From positions 384,001-448,000 of the forward strand of contig OZ245015.1 of NCBI GenBank assembly GCA_965223705.1: a DNA stretch of 64,000 nucleotides. The letters are read 5' to 3'. Both the position numbers and the translations under genes were made by a program. The notes under the pieces are model-generated. The model saw only the letters and a list, made by a program, of their open reading frames with translations. It searched no databases and was not told where the DNA came from. Positions 26,420 to 35,786 of this stretch are shown here, piece by piece. This stretch comes from Myxococcota bacterium (lineage in GTDB: Bacteria > Myxococcota_A > UBA9160 > UBA6930). Position 1 is the stretch's first letter. Each line of letters begins with the position of its first letter.

Positions 26420-29176
26420 GTGTTGGCGGAGTTCTGCGCGACCCACGGCCCGGTGGCTTTCGTCGATCTCGAAACCACCGGGTTGTCCGACGACCCCGAC
26501 GCGGAAATCCTCGAGATCGGTGTGGTGGGCGTCGAACCCGGCGATGCCACGGTGCGCGTCGCGTCGAGTCTTGCGCGTCCACGCGGTCCGTTACCCCGGG
26601 CGGTGGCGCGTCTCACCGGCCTGTCGGATGCCGACGTCGCGTCCGCACCGCGGTTCAACGAAGTCGCACCGCTCTTTCGCGAGCTTCTCGAAGGTCGCAC
26701 GCTCATCGCGCACAACGCGGATTTCGAGCGCGCTTTTCTCACCCGCCAGCTGGGCGAGGCGTTCTCCGAGGCGACCTACCTCGACACACTGGATCTCCTG
26801 GCGGTAACCCACCCCGACGCACCGGATCTCCGTCTCGAATCCTTTACGCGCTTGCTCTTCGATACCGAGGAAGAGCACCGCGCGCTGGCCGACGCGCTCG
26901 ACACGGCGCGCGTGGTCAGCGCTGCGGGGACGGGTGCGCGGCGAGGCGATGCGCGCTTCGTCACGGCACGCAACGCGCTCGAGCGGTTCGACCCCGAATC
27001 GCCGTGGCTGGCACTGCTCGCGAAGGAGCCCGCCGCGGGCGGTACCGCGGCGCGCGCCCCCTACATCGAGGTCGGAGAAACCGACGAGGAGCCGGTTCCG
27101 TTCGACGTTGACGCCATCGCGGCGGTGCTGTCCGACGAGGCGCGTGGGCGACGCCATTTTCCCGGCTACCGCGTCCGGGAAACCCAGTTGGAGCTCGCCC
27201 GTCGGGTCGCGAACAACCTAGACGCGGAAGAAATCCTGCTTCTCCAGGGCGGTACCGGGGTCGGGAAATCGCTCGCTTACCTCGCCGCGGCGATTCCCTT
27301 CGCCGTCATGCGCGAACTGGGCGGCGAGCACCGGCCGGTCGTCATCTCGACGCGAACAAAGCTCTTGCAGGATCAGCTCCTCGACAAAGATATCGGGTCC
27401 GCCGCGCGGTTCTTGGGCTACCCCGAGTTGCGCGCCCTCTCGATCAAAGGACGCGCGAACTACGTGTGCGAGCGGCGCCTTTCTACGGTGCTCTCCGAGG
27501 GGTCTTCGGCTCGCATCTTTCCCGAGGACCGCCAGGCCCACGCGGTATTGCAAGCGGCCGCGCGAACGCGGCGCGACGGCGAGATCGGAAGCGTGCCCGC
27601 GGCGCTGCTGCGTCGGTTCCCGGCGCTGCGCGATCTCACGCGCCGATCGGTCGCGACTCGGTCCGAGCAATGCACGCGCGAGCAATGCGCGAGCGAACGC
27701 AACTGTCCCTTCGGCCGCAAACGCGCGGCCTTGGCGAAAGCGCACTTGCTCGTAGCGAACCACGATTTGCTGCTGCGCTGGCCCCCCGACTACCCGAGCT
27801 TCGAACACGTGATCGCCGACGAGGTGCACGAGATCGCAGACGTCGCGGATGAAGTCTACGCCCTGACCGTCAGCGCTGAAGTGGTGGACGAACGCTTCGA
27901 AGAACTGTTCGGACGCCCACCGGTACGCGGCGCGCGCAGAGGAACGTCCGGGGTGTTGCCGGCGCGGGTCGCGCGAATCTTCGAGGCGGACGCGAAAGCT
28001 TGGCGTCGCGAACTGCGCGCCGAGCTCCGCGCGTTGGGTCGCATCCTCGGCGAGCGCGCGAGCGAGTTCGGCGAGCTCGAGTGGGTGCCCGCGGTAGCCT
28101 ACGCGCTGCCCGAGGCCGCCCCAGCGGCCGTGCGTTGCGCCGAGCGACTCGAACACATTGCATCCGCGGTCGAAGGCGAGCTGCGCGTCGACGAAGAAGA
28201 GCCGCCTATCGAGCGGTTGCTCGCCGAAGTGCGCGAAGCGGGCGCGGCGCTGCGGATGGCCTTCGATCCGGAGCGGCAAGACGCGGTCGCACATTTTGAA
28301 CGTCTCGGTTCGCCGCACGACGGGTGGCGTCTGGTGTTGCGCCGTGTCTCCCCGGCGGATCCGTTTCACGAGGAGTTCCTCGGTCGGGTGCATTCTTTCG
28401 CAGGCGTCTCCGCCAGCCTGTTCGTCGGCGGCTCCGCGCTGGCGTCACTCGGAGACTTGGAAGTCGAGGAGCGTGCGGGTGAACGCTTGACGCGCGGATC
28501 ACTCGACAGCCCGTTCCCCTACGCCGAGCACATGCGGGCGCTGGCGCTCCGCGGCCCCGATTCTCTGGTGGAAGAGACGGCGGACGTTCTCGAGGAACTC
28601 GCACTCCTGCTCGGCGGACGCACGCTCGGGCTCTTCACGAGCCTGCGCCGAATGAATCAAGTGGCCGAAGAGTTGGCGCCGCGGCTCCGCGGTGAAGGCA
28701 TCGATGTGTTGCTGCCGCGCCGCGCGTCGGACGACCCCGCGGCGTTGTTGACGCGCTTCCAAAAAGGCGCGGCCGTTCTCCTCGGCGCGAGGAAGTTCTG
28801 GCAAGGACTCGACATCCCCGGCGAAGCGCTCCAGGCGGTGGTGATCGAGAAGCTTCCGTTCGACGTGCCGAGTGAGCTTCGCAAGCGCCGCGAGATGCAG
28901 CTCAAACGCCGGGGAGAAAACGCGTTTGAACGCATGACTCTCGGCCGAATGTTGCTCCACCTCAAACAAATGACGGGTCGTTTGATTCGCACCGAAGACG
29001 ATCGCGGTATCGCCGTCCTCGTCGAGGGTCGGACAGACAAACGCTACTTCGGGAAACTCGACGACGGACTACCGCCCGGCGTCTCGTGGCAAGTCGGCAC
29101 GCGGGCCGATCTGCCGGAGCTGCTCCGTCAGGTCGGTATCGCGACCGCCCCGGCGCGACGAAGCGAATCGACGTGA
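26420..29176 (+). CDS. dinG: DEDDh exonuclease - DinG helicase fusion
   Basis: FVDLETTG, IAHNADFE, HRALADA; GTGVGKS, DEVH, Fe-S Cys, LFTS, FWQGLD, QMTGRLIR; start is approximate. Confidence 0.85.
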   Translation: MLAEFCATHGPVAFVDLETTGLSDDPDAEILEIGVVGVEPGDATVRVASSLARPRGPLPRAVARLTGLSDADVASAPRFNEVAPLFRELLEGRTLIAHNADFERAFLTRQLGEAFSEATYLDTLDLLAVTHPDAPDLRLESFTRLLFDTEEEHRALADALDTARVVSAAGTGARRGDARFVTARNALERFDPESPWLALLAKEPAAGGTAARAPYIEVGETDEEPVPFDVDAIAAVLSDEARGRRHFPGYRVRETQLELARRVANNLDAEEILLLQGGTGVGKSLAYLAAAIPFAVMRELGGEHRPVVISTRTKLLQDQLLDKDIGSAARFLGYPELRALSIKGRANYVCERRLSTVLSEGSSARIFPEDRQAHAVLQAAARTRRDGEIGSVPAALLRRFPALRDLTRRSVATRSEQCTREQCASERNCPFGRKRAALAKAHLLVANHDLLLRWPPDYPSFEHVIADEVHEIADVADEVYALTVSAEVVDERFEELFGRPPVRGARRGTSGVLPARVARIFEADAKAWRRELRAELRALGRILGERASEFGELEWVPAVAYALPEAAPAAVRCAERLEHIASAVEGELRVDEEEPPIERLLAEVREAGAALRMAFDPERQDAVAHFERLGSPHDGWRLVLRRVSPADPFHEEFLGRVHSFAGVSASLFVGGSALASLGDLEVEERAGERLTRGSLDSPFPYAEHMRALALRGPDSLVEETADVLEELALLLGGRTLGLFTSLRRMNQVAEELAPRLRGEGIDVLLPRRASDDPAALLTRFQKGAAVLLGARKFWQGLDIPGEALQAVVIEKLPFDVPSELRKRREMQLKRRGENAFERMTLGRMLLHLKQMTGRLIRTEDDRGIAVLVEGRTDKRYFGKLDDGLPPGVSWQVGTRADLPELLRQVGIATAPARRSEST

Positions 29177-29952
29177 CGCGCGTCGCCGACGACTTTCGGG
29201 GCCGGGTGGCTGTCGTGACCGGCGGAGGGACCGGGATCGGTCGCGCGGCGGCGCACGCGCTTTCCGCCCGCGGAGCGCGCTTGGTGCTCCTCGGCCGGCG
29301 TACCGCGCCGCTCGAAGAGACCGCTCGCGAAGTCGACACGGAAACCCTCTGTCTCTCGGTCGACGTGCGCGACCGCACCGCGCAAGAAGAAGCGTTTGCG
29401 CACGCAGCGGAGACCCTCGGTCCTCTCCACATCTTGGTGGCGAATGCGGGGATCGGCGGCCCGGACGTCTGGCGGGGTGAAGACCGGTTCGAGGACATCG
29501 TCCGCACGAACTTGGACGGCGCGTATTACTCGATCCGCGCGTTCCTCGCCCATGCGGCGCCGCCCTCCGAGCCGCGCCATATCGTCGTCATGTCCTCGTG
29601 TGTGGCCCGCTTCGGAGTGGCAGGCATCGCGGCCTACAGCGCGGCAAAAGCGGGTCAGCTCGGTCTCGTGCGTTCGTTCGCCATGGAACTCGCCCCCGAG
29701 AACATCCGCGTCAATGCGATCTGCCCCGGATGGGTCGAGACGCAGATGGCCGAAGACCGCATGACGGAACTCGGGGAACTCGAGGGTCGGGGGTACGCCG
29801 AGCAGCGGAACGCCCTGCTCGAGCAGGTCCCTCTCGCGCGCATTACGGAAGCCTCGGAAATCGGGGAGCTCTCGGCCTTCCTCTGCTCCGAGGCGGCCGC
29901 GGCTTTCACGGGCCAAGCCTTCGACCCAAACGACGGGCAATGGATGGGATGA
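29173..29952 (+). CDS. SDR oxidoreductase
   Basis: TGGGTGIG, ANAGIG, YSAAK, NAICPGWVET. Confidence 0.9.
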   Translation: MTRVADDFRGRVAVVTGGGTGIGRAAAHALSARGARLVLLGRRTAPLEETAREVDTETLCLSVDVRDRTAQEEAFAHAAETLGPLHILVANAGIGGPDVWRGEDRFEDIVRTNLDGAYYSIRAFLAHAAPPSEPRHIVVMSSCVARFGVAGIAAYSAAKAGQLGLVRSFAMELAPENIRVNAICPGWVETQMAEDRMTELGELEGRGYAEQRNALLEQVPLARITEASEIGELSAFLCSEAAAAFTGQAFDPNDGQWMG

Positions 29953-29975
29953 GCCTTCCTCCGCCCCCCTTGCGG

Positions 29976-30001
29976 AAAAAATGACTAACAGTCACATTTT
30001 T
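29976..30001. promoter_or_regulatory. Operator-like palindrome TGACT-AAC-AGTCA flanked by A6/T5
   Basis: Exact dyad at 29982-29994 in an AT-rich intergenic region; overlaps a possible TTGCGG-N17-CACATT promoter. Confidence 0.5.
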
Positions 30002-30031
30002 AGGACGAGGACAGCCTAGGAATTTTGGGAG

Positions 30032-30055
30032 ATATGGGTCTAAAAAGACCCATAT
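30032..30055. promoter_or_regulatory. Perfect 10-bp inverted repeat ATATGGGTCT-AAAA-AGACCCATAT
   Basis: Exact dyad upstream of the fab operon. Confidence 0.55.
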
Positions 30056-30212
30056 AGGGTCATGAACCCGCGCAAGGGTACGCCAGCATCCTCGATGGAT
30101 GGAGGCGACTGGGGCAATCTCTCGCACGGGGGTCTCAACCCATCGGGGAGAAAAGCTGCGGGTCGCGGAAAGGGCACCCGCTCGCTCCCGAGGGGCGCTA
30201 AGGGGAGGTCGG

Positions 30213-31187
30213 ATGGCGCAGGGCGAAAGCTCTGTCTTTGGCAAAGGCAGCTTTGACAAGGGCAGCTGGGCGGTCGTGCTCGGCGGCTCGAGCGGTTTCG
30301 GCCTGGCGACGGCGGAGAAGCTCGCGCGCCACGGCATGAACTTGTTTCTGGTGCACCGCGATCGGCGCGCACAGTTGCGGCGGGTCGAGCCCGCGTTCGA
30401 GGCGATCCGCGCGCTGGGTGTCGAGCTCGTCACCCGCAACGCCGATGCCCTCGCCGCAGAACGGCGCGCGGAACTCCTGGCGGAGCTCGCCGATGTGGCG
30501 GGCTCGGGCTCGGTCCGCGTCCTGCTCCATTCCATCGCGTTCGGCAATTTGAAACTCATCGCGCCCGAGAAGGCTCGCCCGGAAAGCTCGCCGGACGGTC
30601 GCGAAGCGCTGGCGAGTGAGCTGGGGATCTCGCCGGACAAGCTCGGCGAAATCGCGAACCGGCTCTTTGAATCGGGAGTGGACGAGCTCGAAGGGCTCGC
30701 GACGAAGCCCGCCTACGGCGGCATCCTCGCCGCGGACGATATGGCCCGTACGATCTACTGCATGGGGACGAGTCTCCTCGACTGGACGCAGGATCTCCTC
30801 GAGGCCGGTCTGTTCGCGAACGATGCGCGCGTCTTCGGGCTGACCAGCGAAGGCAACACCCTCGCGTGGAAGGGATACGCCGCGGTGGCGGCGGCGAAAG
30901 TCTCACTCGAATCCGTCGCCCGAGCGATTGCGATGGAATGCGCTCCCTACGGAATTCGGTGTAACGTGATCCAGGCCGGTGTGACGGAGACGCCAGCCCT
31001 CGCCGCGATACCCGGTAGCGCACAGATCAAAGCCGGCGCGCGGCGGCGGAATCCGTTCGGCCGCCTGACCACCCCCCAAGATGTGGCGAATGCGATTTTT
31101 CTTCTCTCGCTCGACGAAGCGGCGTGGATCAACGGAGAGGTGATCCGGGTCGACGGCGGCGAGCACATTTCGGGGTCCAACGCATGA
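30213..31187 (+). CDS. Enoyl-ACP reductase-like SDR (FabL/FabI type)
   Basis: LGGSSGFG, LLHSIAFG, Y-x6-K (YAAVAAAK), NVIQAG; GGAGG RBS. Confidence 0.8.
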   Translation: MAQGESSVFGKGSFDKGSWAVVLGGSSGFGLATAEKLARHGMNLFLVHRDRRAQLRRVEPAFEAIRALGVELVTRNADALAAERRAELLAELADVAGSGSVRVLLHSIAFGNLKLIAPEKARPESSPDGREALASELGISPDKLGEIANRLFESGVDELEGLATKPAYGGILAADDMARTIYCMGTSLLDWTQDLLEAGLFANDARVFGLTSEGNTLAWKGYAAVAAAKVSLESVARAIAMECAPYGIRCNVIQAGVTETPALAAIPGSAQIKAGARRRNPFGRLTTPQDVANAIFLLSLDEAAWINGEVIRVDGGEHISGSNA

Positions 31188-32194
31188 CAGTCTACGTCCA
31201 CGCTCTCGGTCACTTTCACCCGGACAACGAAGTGACGAACGCGTTTCTCGAAGATCTCGACATCGGGACCACGGACCAGTGGATCCAAGAGCGCGTCGGT
31301 ATTCGTTGTCGCCGCACCGTACTTCCGCTCGACTACATCCGCACGACGAAGAACGCCGATGTACGCGCCGCGACGGAAGCGACCGAGTACACGACGTCGG
31401 ATCTCGGCGTGCGCGCCGCAGAGATGGCGATCGCGAGGGCCGGAATTTCCAAAGAAGATATCGGGCTCGTGATCGGCGGGGGGTCTGCTCCGAACAGCGT
31501 CACACCGGCGGACGGTTGCCTCGTCGCGAAAGGCCTCGGACTCGAGGTCCCCGTTTTTGACATCAATTCCGCGTGTACGACGTTCTTGGTCCACATGCAC
31601 ATGCTCAATTCGATGCGCCCCGAAACGCTTCCGCCGTACGTGTTGATCAGCGTTCAGGACGCGATTACCCAGTGCCTCGACTACACGGATCGCGCGAGCT
31701 GTGTGCTGTTCGGCGACGGCGCGACGGCGGCGGTGGTATCGACCCAGATTCCCGGCCCGGCAAAAGTGCTCGGCACGGATATGAACTCGAGCCCCGCCGG
31801 TTGCGAGAATGTCTGGGTCCCCCGGACGGGTCACTTCTTCCAAGAAGGTCGCACGGTGCAAATGTTCGCGATCAAGAAGAGCACCCGGGAGTTCCGCCGC
31901 GTAGCCGACGCCCACGGCGACCCCGACCGCAATCTGCATTTCGTGGGCCACCAGGTCAATCTGAACGCGCTCACGAAGATCGCCGAACGCTGCGGGGTCT
32001 CCGACGAGCGCCACCACTACAACGTCGACTGGTTCGGCAACACGTGTGCTCCGAGTTGTGCTTCGGTCGTCTCCCAGCATTGGGAAAAGTGGGGCCCCGA
32101 CGACGATATCGCGATGGTCGGCGTCGGCGGAGGCCTCACCTGGGCCGGCTATATGCTGCGTTTCACCGAGTCACCGACAGGAACCTCGGCGTGA
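31184..32194 (+). CDS. fabH: Beta-ketoacyl-ACP synthase III
   Basis: WIQERVGI, DINSACT (Cys), LFGDGA, HQVN (His), FGNT (Asn), GGGLTW. Confidence 0.88.
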   Translation: MTVYVHALGHFHPDNEVTNAFLEDLDIGTTDQWIQERVGIRCRRTVLPLDYIRTTKNADVRAATEATEYTTSDLGVRAAEMAIARAGISKEDIGLVIGGGSAPNSVTPADGCLVAKGLGLEVPVFDINSACTTFLVHMHMLNSMRPETLPPYVLISVQDAITQCLDYTDRASCVLFGDGATAAVVSTQIPGPAKVLGTDMNSSPAGCENVWVPRTGHFFQEGRTVQMFAIKKSTREFRRVADAHGDPDRNLHFVGHQVNLNALTKIAERCGVSDERHHYNVDWFGNTCAPSCASVVSQHWEKWGPDDDIAMVGVGGGLTWAGYMLRFTESPTGTSA

Positions 32195-32919
32195 GTGATG
32201 CGCGGGTCGCACTGGTAACGGGCGGCGGTACGGGGATCGGCGCGGCGTGTTGTCGAGCCTTGGCCGAAGAAGGCTTCCGCGTCGCCGTCCACTACCGAAG
32301 CAGCCAGGCCGGTGCGGACGAGCTCGTCTCGAAGCTCCCGAACGCGTTCTCGATCCAAGCCGATCTGTGCGATCCCGATTCGATCGACGCGATGGTGAAA
32401 GCGCTCAAGAACGACGCCGGACGCGTAGACGTGTTGGTCAACAACGCGGGCGACAACCGGAACGGTCCGATGCCGTCGATGAAGATCGAAGACTACGACG
32501 CGGTGGCCGCGGTAGCGCGGGGTACGTGGTACCTCACGAAGACGGTGTTGCGCCGCTTCATGCTCCGCCAGGAGAGTTCGCGAATCATCAACATCACGAG
32601 TGTCGTAGGCCATACGGGGAACCGAGGTCAGGCGCCGTACACCATGGCGAAAGCCGGGCTCGACGCGATGACCAAGTCGCTGGCCAAGGAGCTCGCCGGC
32701 CGGCCGATCCTCGTGAACTCCGTCGCGCCGGGTTTTATCGAAACCGACATGACGGCCGAACTCCCGCCCGAAATCCGCGACGGCATCCTCGAGCAGGTGC
32801 CGATCGGTCGAATGGGGACCGCGGAAGAAGTCGCCGACGTTGTCGCATGGCTCGCGACCCGCGCGCACTACGTCAATGGCACCGTGATCCACGTGAACGG
32901 CGGGATGTACGGTGGCTAG
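32191..32919 (+). CDS. fabG: 3-oxoacyl-ACP reductase
   Basis: TGGGTGIG, VNNAG, SVVGHTGNRGQAPYTMAK, VAPGFIETDMT, VNGGMY. Confidence 0.88.
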   Translation: MSDARVALVTGGGTGIGAACCRALAEEGFRVAVHYRSSQAGADELVSKLPNAFSIQADLCDPDSIDAMVKALKNDAGRVDVLVNNAGDNRNGPMPSMKIEDYDAVAAVARGTWYLTKTVLRRFMLRQESSRIINITSVVGHTGNRGQAPYTMAKAGLDAMTKSLAKELAGRPILVNSVAPGFIETDMTAELPPEIRDGILEQVPIGRMGTAEEVADVVAWLATRAHYVNGTVIHVNGGMYGG

Positions 32920-33370
32920 CGTGTTGTCCAAGAAGGAAGTCCTCGATCGGATCCCGCAGCGCGAACCGTTCCGCTTCGTCGATGAGATTCTCGAGCTGAG
33001 CGATGAACGGGTGGTTTCGACGTACCGCTTTCGCGAGGACGCGGATTTTTATCGCGGTCATTTTCCGGGGAATCCCGTGACGCCGGGCGTCCTGTTGGTG
33101 GAATCCATGGCGCAGGCGGCGGTCATACCCTTGGCGATTCGCGCCTGGAGCGGGGAGCTCGACGAAGCCGATCTAGCCGGCATGACCACGTTGTTCACCG
33201 ATGCCGACGTCGAATTCAGCGGCGTCGTGCGTCCGGGAGAAACGATCCGGATCACCGGGGAGCGTTTGTTCTATCGCCGGCGAAAACTCCGCGCCGCCTG
33301 CGAGATCCGTCTCGAAGACGGCAGCGTGGTGTGCTCCGGCAAGCTCTCGGGCATGGGAGTTTCGTTGTGA
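32912..33370 (+). CDS. fabZ: 3-hydroxyacyl-ACP dehydratase
   Basis: IPQREPFRFVD, GHFPGNPVTPGVLLVESMAQ. Confidence 0.88.
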   Translation: MASVLSKKEVLDRIPQREPFRFVDEILELSDERVVSTYRFREDADFYRGHFPGNPVTPGVLLVESMAQAAVIPLAIRAWSGELDEADLAGMTTLFTDADVEFSGVVRPGETIRITGERLFYRRRKLRAACEIRLEDGSVVCSGKLSGMGVSL

Positions 33371-34647
33371 GCCGAAGAGTGGTGGTCACGGGGCTCGGAG
33401 TTGTCGCTCCGAACGGCACGAATCTCGGCGAGTTTGAGGCGGCGCTTCGCAAGGGCGAGTCCGGAATCCGTCACAACGACGATATGGAAGAGCACAAGTT
33501 CGCCTGCCAAGTCGCCGGCGTGCCGAGCGGCGTCGAGGAGCTCTGCGCCGACGCGTTCTCGGAAGACCTGCTGCTCGCGATGAACCAGGCGCAGCGCTTC
33601 GCCGCCCTCGCCGGTGTCGAGTGCTGGCAGACGGCGGGCTTCGCGGTGCCAGACGAAGTGGACGACGACGCGGTCGATTGGGACACGGGTGCGGTGTTCG
33701 GGACGGGCATCGGCGGCATGGAGACCATCGCCGAACGCGTCGCTCCGTTGGTGAACGACAAGAAAATCCGGCGGTTGGGGAGCACCGCGGTCGAACAAGT
33801 CATGGCCAGCGGAGTTTCCGCCCGGCTCTCGGGGATCCTGGCGCTCGGAAACCAAGTGACGACGAATTCGAGCGCATGCAGCACCGGCACAGAGGCCATC
33901 ATCGAGGGGCTGTACCGGATTCGCAGCGGGCGTTCGGAGCGAATGTTGTGCGGCGGAGCCGAGGCGGGTACCCGCTACATCTGGGCGGGCTTCGACGCGA
34001 TGCGCGTCTTGGCTCGAAACTGGAACGATCGCCCGGAGGAAGCCTCTCGCCCGATGTCGGCGAGTGCCGGCGGCTTCGTGCCCGGCGCCGGCGCCGGCGC
34101 GGTCCTCCTCGAGAACCTCGACGCCGCGCGGGCTCGGGGTGCAAGGATCTACGCCGAGGTGCTCGGCGGTGCGATCAATTGCGGTGGACACCGCTCCGGC
34201 GGCAGCATGACGGCTCCGAATCCGATCGGCGTTGTCCGCTGCATCCGGTCGGCGCTCGACGACGCGTCGGTGTTGCCCGACGCGATCGACTTAATCAGCG
34301 GACATCTCACGGCGACGAGCGCGGATCCGCGGGAGATCGCCGCCTGGACGGAAGCCCTCGGGCGCTCTCCGGACGATTTCCCGACGCTCTTGTCGACGAA
34401 GTCGCTGATCGGGCACACCCTGGGCGCAGCCGGCGCGATCGAGTCGATCGCCGGCATCTTGATGCTTCACCGAGACTTTGTGCATCCCTCGATCAACTGC
34501 GAGGATATCCACCCGGAGATCGCGCCGTACGAGGCGAGCATCCCCCGCGAGATGCGGGAAGGGGTCGGCCACGACGTCATGGTGAAATCGAGTTTCGGTT
34601 TTGGTGACGTCAACGCGTGTGTGCTGTTCCGCAGGTGGAACGACTGA
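33367..34647 (+). CDS. fabF: Beta-ketoacyl-ACP synthase (FabF/FabB family)
   Basis: RVVVTGLG, SSACSTG, GHLTAT, KSLIGHTLGAAG, SSFGFGDVN. Confidence 0.88.
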   Translation: MSRRVVVTGLGVVAPNGTNLGEFEAALRKGESGIRHNDDMEEHKFACQVAGVPSGVEELCADAFSEDLLLAMNQAQRFAALAGVECWQTAGFAVPDEVDDDAVDWDTGAVFGTGIGGMETIAERVAPLVNDKKIRRLGSTAVEQVMASGVSARLSGILALGNQVTTNSSACSTGTEAIIEGLYRIRSGRSERMLCGGAEAGTRYIWAGFDAMRVLARNWNDRPEEASRPMSASAGGFVPGAGAGAVLLENLDAARARGARIYAEVLGGAINCGGHRSGGSMTAPNPIGVVRCIRSALDDASVLPDAIDLISGHLTATSADPREIAAWTEALGRSPDDFPTLLSTKSLIGHTLGAAGAIESIAGILMLHRDFVHPSINCEDIHPEIAPYEASIPREMREGVGHDVMVKSSFGFGDVNACVLFRRWND

Positions 34648-34747
34648 CCGTGTGTGCTGTTCCGCAGGTGGAACGACTGACCGTGTGTGCTGTTCCGCAG
34701 GTGGAACGACTGACCGTGTGTGCTGTTCCGCAGGTGGAACGACTGAC
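34616..34747. repeat. Four exact 33-bp tandem copies (CGTGTGTGCTGTTCCGCAGGTGGAACGACTGAC) of the fabF 3' end
   Basis: Units start at 34616, 34649, 34682 and 34715; no spacers. Confidence 0.97.
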
Positions 34748-34773
34748 TAAATACTAGAGAACTGGAGGACGCG

Positions 34774-35022
34774 ATGTCGGAAGCTCAAATCTTTGAACAG
34801 GTCGTGAAGATTCTTACACCATACGTGAAGGATCAAGACGCCTTGGCCAACGTCAAGAACGAGACGAACATTCTCGAAGACCTGAAAGTCAACTCGGCGC
34901 GTCTGGTCGACGTGGTGCTCGCCTTTGAAGATGAGTTCGACATCGAAATCGCCGATGAGGATGTCGACTCGGTCAACACGGTGGGCGACTGCGTTTCGCT
35001 GATCTCGCGAACAAAGGGTTAG
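34774..35022 (+). CDS. acpP: Acyl carrier protein with an atypical attachment motif
   Basis: 82 aa, acidic; EDLKVNSARLVDVVLAFEDEFDIEI, TVGD; GGAGG RBS. Confidence 0.88.
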   Translation: MSEAQIFEQVVKILTPYVKDQDALANVKNETNILEDLKVNSARLVDVVLAFEDEFDIEIADEDVDSVNTVGDCVSLISRTKG

Positions 35023-35030
35023 GCCGGACC

Positions 35031-35786
35031 TTGGAATCCCCGGGCCTGCCGCCGCCCGAGCGCTACCGCCTGAAGCTCCAGTGGTGGGTCTCGCGTCTGT
35101 CGAGCCCGCTGTGGATCCCGTTGTGCGTGGTCGGCTTGCGCTGGATTTTCGGGTGGCGCATCGAAGGCGCTTCTGAAACCAGGCGCGAGTACCGGCGCCT
35201 GCGGCGCGAGAGCGATGCACCAATCCTCGTGTGTGCGAATCATCTCACAAAGATCGATTCGGCCCTGATCGGGTGGGCTCTCGGCGGGGCGTTCTTCTAT
35301 TTGCGCGACTTCGGAGCGCTTCCGTGGAACTTGCCCGCGAGAGAGCACTTCGCGTTTTCCTGGTGGGCGCGCGTCGCGGTCTACTTGCTCAAGTGCATTC
35401 CGATCCAGCGGGGCGGAAGCCGCGAAGACATCGCCCGCGTTCTCACGAAGTTGTCGTGGTTGCTCGGTCGCCGCGAAGTGGGCCTCGTTTTTCCCGAGGG
35501 TGGTCGCAGTCGCACGGGCCGAGTCGATGTCGAGACAGCGGCGTACGGTGTGGGTCGCATCGTCCGCGGGCTGCCGGGTTGTCGTGTCGTCTGCGTCTAT
35601 CTTCGGGGCAACCACCAAGAGAGTTGGTCGGATCTCCCGCGCCGCGGCGATACGTTCTATGCGGCCGTCCAAAGTTTTGAACCGAAATCCGATCGCAACG
35701 GGCTGCGTGCGTCCGTCGATGTTGCAAACCAGATCATGCGGAAGCTCTCTGAGATGGAACGGTCCTATTTCGATGGTCGCGTCTGA
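35031..35786 (+). CDS. Lysophospholipid/glycerol acyltransferase (PlsC-like)
   Basis: NHLTKID (HX4D), IPIQR, FPEGGRS. Confidence 0.88.
   Translation: MESPGLPPPERYRLKLQWWVSRLSSPLWIPLCVVGLRWIFGWRIEGASETRREYRRLRRESDAPILVCANHLTKIDSALIGWALGGAFFYLRDFGALPWNLPAREHFAFSWWARVAVYLLKCIPIQRGGSREDIARVLTKLSWLLGRREVGLVFPEGGRSRTGRVDVETAAYGVGRIVRGLPGCRVVCVYLRGNHQESWSDLPRRGDTFYAAVQSFEPKSDRNGLRASVDVANQIMRKLSEMERSYFDGRV

Noticed and set aside
24859..26742. 627-aa minus-strand ORF (and similar ORFs at 3621-5258, 37713-39320, 39354-40811, 60415-61986)
   Set aside because: Antisense to well-supported genes; explained by stop-poor reverse frames under GC3 bias.
26420..29176. Type IV CRISPR CasDinG or other defence helicase
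   Set aside because: No cas or defence genes nearby; housekeeping context and an N-terminal DnaQ-like domain.
34616..34747. CRISPR array (33-bp repeats with an internal hairpin)
   Set aside because: Copies are head-to-tail with no spacers, the unit is the fabF coding end, and there are no cas genes in the window.
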